DNA from: an uncultured Gammaproteobacteria bacterium
GTDB taxonomy: Bacteria; Patescibacteriota; Microgenomatia; UBA12405
Reading direction: 5' to 3'
Assembly: GCA_964609295.1 (NCBI GenBank)
Contig: CAZSQT010000005.1
Location: 1 to 41,692, forward strand
DNA length: 41,692 bases
A model generated the notes under the pieces. That model saw nothing but the letters and a program-made list of their open reading frames with translations, was not told where the DNA came from and ran no database searches. Below are positions 36,873 to 41,692 of the stretch, one piece after another (position 1 is the first letter of the stretch; each line of letters starts with the position of its first letter). The position numbers and the translations under genes were made by a program.

Positions 36873-37690
36873 TTTTCTCCCTCCTCAGACCTTTGACCAT
36901 TTTTAGCCAAATAATCTTTATCGTTAACTGTTTTTTTTGTTCTAACACCTTTTTTGTTTCGCATATCCAAAAAGGACATTTTCTTCACCCCGTCACCCAC
37001 AAATTCTTCCGCCTTTAATCCATCAACTATATGAAACAATCTATTAGCATATTTCAAATATTCCAAATCGTGAGTTACCATCAAAATTGTCTTATTGTGT
37101 TCCTTATTCAATTTAGACAACAATTCCATTAATTCGTCCCCCGAAACTGTATCCAAATTCCCCGTTGGCTCATCTGCTACAATGATAGCCGGATCGGTCG
37201 TTAATGCCCTAGCCAAACTAATTCTCTGTTGTTGACCTGAAGACAATTCGCTAGGATGATGATAAGCCCAATCTTCTAATTTTACTATCCTTAACTTTTC
37301 TATTGCCGTATCTTCTGCTGTTTTTTTATCAATTCCCTTAAGTCGAATAGGAAAACTAATGTTTTCTATTACATTTAAAGATTTAATCCAAATAGATTGT
37401 TGAAACACCACTCCTATTTTTTCCTTCCTATATTCGACTATTCCGTCCTCATCCATATCATAAAGAGATACTCCATCAATAGTCACCTTACCTGCCGTCG
37501 GTGGTTCCAAGCCCAAAACAGAATGTAATAATGTTGATTTACCACAACCAGAAGGACCAAAAATAACTGTAAAATCACCTGCCTTTATCTCCAAATCAAT
37601 TCCCCTTAAAACATTTATCGTTTGACCACCAACAATAAAATCTTTTTTGATTCCTTCCACCTTAACTATGTTTTCATTTTTTAATGTCAT
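36869..37690 (-). CDS. ABC ATPase, LolD/MacB type
   Basis: GPSGCGKST, LSSGQQQR, ADEPTGNLD, VTHD. Confidence 0.95.
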   Translation of the reverse strand: MTLKNENIVKVEGIKKDFIVGGQTINVLRGIDLEIKAGDFTVIFGPSGCGKSTLLHSVLGLEPPTAGKVTIDGVSLYDMDEDGIVEYRKEKIGVVFQQSIWIKSLNVIENISFPIRLKGIDKKTAEDTAIEKLRIVKLEDWAYHHPSELSSGQQQRISLARALTTDPAIIVADEPTGNLDTVSGDELMELLSKLNKEHNKTILMVTHDLEYLKYANRLFHIVDGLKAEEFVGDGVKKMSFLDMRNKKGVRTKKTVNDKDYLAKNGQRSEEGEK

Positions 37691-40600
37691 TGTATTGATC
37701 CTGAAATATTTTTAACAAATCCAAAACTCTTAGACAAGCTTTCTACAACTAAATCCAAAGCTGACCGAGTCGCTTTGGTAGTCAAAACTACATTGTCATA
37801 AGAGATTGATAAATTAAGAGATTTATCTTCTGATAATACTCTCAAATGATACACCTGATCAGGGTTCAAATCTGGAATAGTTACCACATGATTTAAAGTT
37901 AACTTGTCATTCTTTTGAGTTTTGTTAGGATAATCACTCCCCGTCCCCTGTCCATATTCTACTTGTGTTGTCGCTGGTTCATCCGTATTCCAAGACACCA
38001 ATATCTGAGCTTTAGCTTCTTCTCCTATCCCCGTCACCGTTGTATCTATTTTCAAGTCACTTATCAATGGCGGTCTCAAATCCTCCGAGGTTCTAAATTG
38101 ATTAACACTATTTTCGGCACTATTACCGGCAATATCTTTACCCTTTACCACAATTACATAATCAGTATCATCAAGCAAATCCTTAACAATCATCTCATGA
38201 TTTTTGGTCAAAGTTAACACTATTTGATCTTTTGCCATCTCTGGTCTACCCTCAGGGTAAGTTGTTACTATTGAGCTTATCCCTGTATTTGATTTCCAGA
38301 CTATTCTTACAGTTGAAGTTGACATCCCTTTGACTTGTTGGATTTTGACATTGCTAATTCTTGGCACTGGCAAAGTCTCAAAAATATAATCATCCGAAAA
38401 AAATTGGTTTTCTTCTTCATCTTCTGCCAATATACGGAAATGATAACCAGTTCCCTCCTCCAATTCTGTTAATTTCACATTGTAAATCGATTCTGCCATT
38501 CCTGTAGTAATTGTCTGAAATGAACCATAAGACGAAGTTTTTCCATATTGAATCGTCGCCTTGGTTGCATTGGCCAAAGTAAAATTAATGTAAGCCGAAT
38601 ACATACCCACATCACTAGCCGCTACTTGGGATACCACTGGGGCTGGATTAGTTTCCAAAGTATATTCCTCAGATTCCCCAGTATTTCCATCTTCATCAGT
38701 CCAAGTCGTTTTATAATAATAGACTGTCCCTGGATCCAAGCCCACCAATTCTATCTCATGACTAGATACATGCTCCGAAGATCCCACTTCCTCACCATAA
38801 TCACCAGAGCCCTTCCCGTATTTGACGAAAGAATTACAAGTTCTATTGGTCGACCAATTAATTGTTGCCGATTTTGTCCTCACTACAGAAGCAGGCTCAG
38901 ACACCAAAGTTGGTGGTACTCGCCATTTACCATCAGGTAACAAAACTACTGTATCACTAGGAGCACTACACTCATTAGTCGAATCACAAGATTTAACACA
39001 ATAATAGTGTTTTACTTGGGTTAATTTTGATTCTACATGAGATTCCCCCCAGGTTTGAGCTATTGACACAAAATCATCAATATTATTAGTACAATTTGCA
39101 TCCTCAGTAGTTGATCTATAAATCTTATAGTAAGCAATCCCCGAACCAGTTGATTCTGGCGGATCCCATGTTGTCGCCAATTTCCAATTTTTAGTTTCTT
39201 TAATTGACACATCGGCTATATCCATATTGAGAGGAATACCAGGAGATGTCGTATCAGCCACAAAATCAACACTAGCATAAAGACTATAATCAATATTTCC
39301 CGCCTCATCTTTGGCTACTACATAAAAAGTATTTGTTCCTCTTTGAGTCGCATATTCACCCGCCGGCAAATAAGCTTGAGCCAATCCCACCGTATTCACA
39401 TTACTAGATGTCGGCAAAGCATTAATCGAATAATAATATCTCAAACCAGCTTGAGTTCCAAAATAAAATGGTGGTGGTTCCCAAGAGAAAGCAAATTCAT
39501 TGACAGGATTGCTAGCCACCTCACTTCCTTCTGGTATTGGAGTTGCCACCAGGCTGGATGGTGGCGCTGGTGCATTAGCACTATAATAGTACGCTGCTGT
39601 GATATAACCACTACTATAATTGCCCGCTGTATCTTTAGTTCGAAGATAAAAAGTATTTGTCCCCGCCTTATAAGAAGAAACATCAGCCACCACCGTATCC
39701 GCAGTACAAACTTCTTCAAAAGCCGTACTTCCTGTCTTATAGCAATATTGATAAACCTCCGAAGCCTCATCCGTCCCTTCATTCCAAGTAAAAGTATAAC
39801 TATTTACTGTTGAATAACCAGGTGGATCCGCCACCAAAGTACTTGGATTTTCTGGTCTGATATTATCAAAATGATAGACAAATGGCTCCCAAGCAGTTGA
39901 CTGAATATTGTCAGCATCATCCACTGCCTTAACTTTAAAATAATAAGTATTTCCCGACACCAAACCGGAAGGGACATACTCTGATACACTTACAAATTCA
40001 CCATCCACTGCTGGATCAGCTGTTGCCCCTACTCCAAAATAAACGTAATAACCCTTTACTCCCGATCCACTGACCCCATCACTCGCCCCACCTGTACTTT
40101 CTGCATCCGGCCAATCAAATTTTGGCGCCTCGTAATTATACCAAGTATCACTTGTCAAAGTCGTTGCTCCTACCGAAGAATTATATACACTCAATTGTTC
40201 TGGATTACTCGGCGCCACCGCATCTTGAAAATAATTGATTGTATATTTATCTATTGAGCCCGAATAAATTCCATCTGAAGAAAACAATTCCAATTTTACT
40301 TGCATATAGCGATTTTTGGGTGAATTTATCTTATAGACCTTCTTACCCACAATATCTTGATCCACCGTCCCTATTTCCCAATCAGTCCACTCTTCTTCAT
40401 CAGCACTTGTCTTAGTATAGACAGCAAAACTAAAATTATCCGCACCAGTATAACCCACCGTCAAATTAGCCAAACGATAAACTTTACCCAAATCATGAAC
40501 TGGTGAAACATAAGTTCCCTCTCTCTCAAAAGCAGTATTTTCTGTTTTTATTATATAAGTATAAATACCCGTATTCCAAGTCCCATCACTAGCATTACCC

Positions 40601-41692
40601 GGAATAACATACAATCTATTAGTTCCATCAAATGCCACCTCACCCCCGGCACTACCAAAATTGGGTGATGACAAATCAGTGATATCACTCCAAGTCGAAG
40701 TCCCAATATGGTAGCGATACATATCATTTCTATATTCCCCCCTAGTTGCATACAGATATCCATCACCACCATCAGCCAACCAAGCTCCTTGATAAACCCT
40801 TCCTGGCAAACTAGGCAAAGTTGTCCAAGTAGTTGTTCCAATTTCAAAACGATAAAGAGGATTGGGGTTAGAAGCTCGCCCTCTTAGACTATAAATATAA
40901 CCATCTTTAATAGCCAAATAAGCACCCCAACCCAATCCATAAGGCGCATTGGTTGTTCGACTCCACCTGCTTCCTTCTTCACCCTCCGTATCATAACGCC
41001 AAAATTCACTTGAATCCCAACCTCTTGCCGCATAAATATACCGACTCCCATCATAGACCATACTATGACCACTATAATTAGAAGAAATCCATGGCATTGT
41101 GTCCCCCGTATTTACACTCCAAGTGTCTGTCGGTATATCATAAGTAAACCAATTTCCTCCTCGATAATAATAATTACTCGTCATCATTATCTTTTTTTTA
41201 TCCGCCAGATATACCATTTTACCCATATGAAAATTACCCTGAGGAATACTGGCCAAGACTGTTCTCTCATCTGTCACCGGATTGTATTTGGCAAAAGCAT
41301 CAGCAAAATAGCCATTAGTAATATAATAATTTTGTCCTTCTCCTTTTACCATTGCACTTCCCCAATATTGAGTTCTTATTTCTTGTCCCTTCCAAAACTC
41401 ATTAAACAAACCTCTTGGCGGTGTATTCCATGTTTGTGTCTTTGTGTCAAAAATACCCGCCCAAACACCATTTCCACCTCGCATCCAATACAATTTTGTT
41501 CCTACTGTCACCAAAGCCGTTCCCGCACTAGGTGTATATGGTACATCTGGTAACTCCGACCAAGTTTGACTATCAATATCATAACGATAAAAAAAGCTAT
41601 AACCCGATTGATAATAAACACTATTAGTTGTTGCCTCATAGACTATCCTCCCCCAACTATTGGGATGATCAGGCAAACTTGGCAAAACACTC
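37687..41692 (-). CDS. giant extracellular protein with Kelch-like propeller and multiple Fn3/Ig-like domains (5' truncated)
   Basis: Frame is open to the window edge (>1330 aa). Repeated YD....W blades, then Fn3 repeats (W..P, L.PG..YY.., D.AGN). Confidence 0.88.
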   Translation of the reverse strand, partial: SVLPSLPDHPNSWGRIVYEATTNSVYYQSGYSFFYRYDIDSQTWSELPDVPYTPSAGTALVTVGTKLYWMRGGNGVWAGIFDTKTQTWNTPPRGLFNEFWKGQEIRTQYWGSAMVKGEGQNYYITNGYFADAFAKYNPVTDERTVLASIPQGNFHMGKMVYLADKKKIMMTSNYYYRGGNWFTYDIPTDTWSVNTGDTMPWISSNYSGHSMVYDGSRYIYAARGWDSSEFWRYDTEGEEGSRWSRTTNAPYGLGWGAYLAIKDGYIYSLRGRASNPNPLYRFEIGTTTWTTLPSLPGRVYQGAWLADGGDGYLYATRGEYRNDMYRYHIGTSTWSDITDLSSPNFGSAGGEVAFDGTNRLYVIPGNASDGTWNTGIYTYIIKTENTAFEREGTYVSPVHDLGKVYRLANLTVGYTGADNFSFAVYTKTSADEEEWTDWEIGTVDQDIVGKKVYKINSPKNRYMQVKLELFSSDGIYSGSIDKYTINYFQDAVAPSNPEQLSVYNSSVGATTLTSDTWYNYEAPKFDWPDAESTGGASDGVSGSGVKGYYVYFGVGATADPAVDGEFVSVSEYVPSGLVSGNTYYFKVKAVDDADNIQSTAWEPFVYHFDNIRPENPSTLVADPPGYSTVNSYTFTWNEGTDEASEVYQYCYKTGSTAFEEVCTADTVVADVSSYKAGTNTFYLRTKDTAGNYSSGYITAAYYYSANAPAPPSSLVATPIPEGSEVASNPVNEFAFSWEPPPFYFGTQAGLRYYYSINALPTSSNVNTVGLAQAYLPAGEYATQRGTNTFYVVAKDEAGNIDYSLYASVDFVADTTSPGIPLNMDIADVSIKETKNWKLATTWDPPESTGSGIAYYKIYRSTTEDANCTNNIDDFVSIAQTWGESHVESKLTQVKHYYCVKSCDSTNECSAPSDTVVLLPDGKWRVPPTLVSEPASVVRTKSATINWSTNRTCNSFVKYGKGSGDYGEEVGSSEHVSSHEIELVGLDPGTVYYYKTTWTDEDGNTGESEEYTLETNPAPVVSQVAASDVGMYSAYINFTLANATKATIQYGKTSSYGSFQTITTGMAESIYNVKLTELEEGTGYHFRILAEDEEENQFFSDDYIFETLPVPRISNVKIQQVKGMSTSTVRIVWKSNTGISSIVTTYPEGRPEMAKDQIVLTLTKNHEMIVKDLLDDTDYVIVVKGKDIAGNSAENSVNQFRTSEDLRPPLISDLKIDTTVTGIGEEAKAQILVSWNTDEPATTQVEYGQGTGSDYPNKTQKNDKLTLNHVVTIPDLNPDQVYHLRVLSEDKSLNLSISYDNVVLTTKATRSALDLVVESLSKSFGFVKNISGSIQ

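Noticed and set aside
576-41553. Many short antisense or alternate-frame ORFs in the track (e.g. 576-899, 13818-14354, 15527-16078, 21067-21396, 39343-39813, 41065-41553)
   Set aside because: They lie wholly within well-supported genes, show no motifs, and are explained by codon bias and strand skew.
1-41692. Alternative genetic code (TGA read as Gly/Trp)
   Set aside because: Conserved genes are intact under code 11, and several end at TGA with ATGA coupling.

Overview
AT-rich bacterial chromosomal window using genetic code 11. Gene content, streamlined proteins and leaderless-type starts suggest Patescibacteria/CPR, Microgenomates-like (inference). The + strand is C>G almost throughout, with no skew switch. 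Left to right it contains: a putative lipoprotein; an atypical-composition secreted-protein gene bounded by inverted repeats and followed by a candidate type III hammerhead ribozyme overlapping a GT2 start; a GT-C membrane glycosyltransferase; two toxin-antitoxin cassettes (BrnTA, AbiE), each flanked by direct repeats of host gene ends; an NrdR-box-controlled deoxynucleotide cluster (nrdR, split nrdD with a separate 44-aa glycyl-radical ORF, nrdG, SIMPL, thyX, tmk, glyA); secE-nusG-rplK-rplA and rplJ-rplL separated by dCMP deaminase/ddl/murF; manC; an epimerase; ruvCAB; murB; a WecB/TagA glycosyltransferase; mreB; a PEGA protein; tRNA-Pro and tRNA-Arg; leuS; a beta-lactamase-like hydrolase; and a 5'-truncated giant Kelch/Fn3 protein coupled to a MacB/LolD-type ABC transporter. 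The best leads are the hammerhead candidate, the repeat-bounded TA cassettes, the split NrdD and the giant-protein/ABC module. All calls come from reading the sequence; no searches were run.
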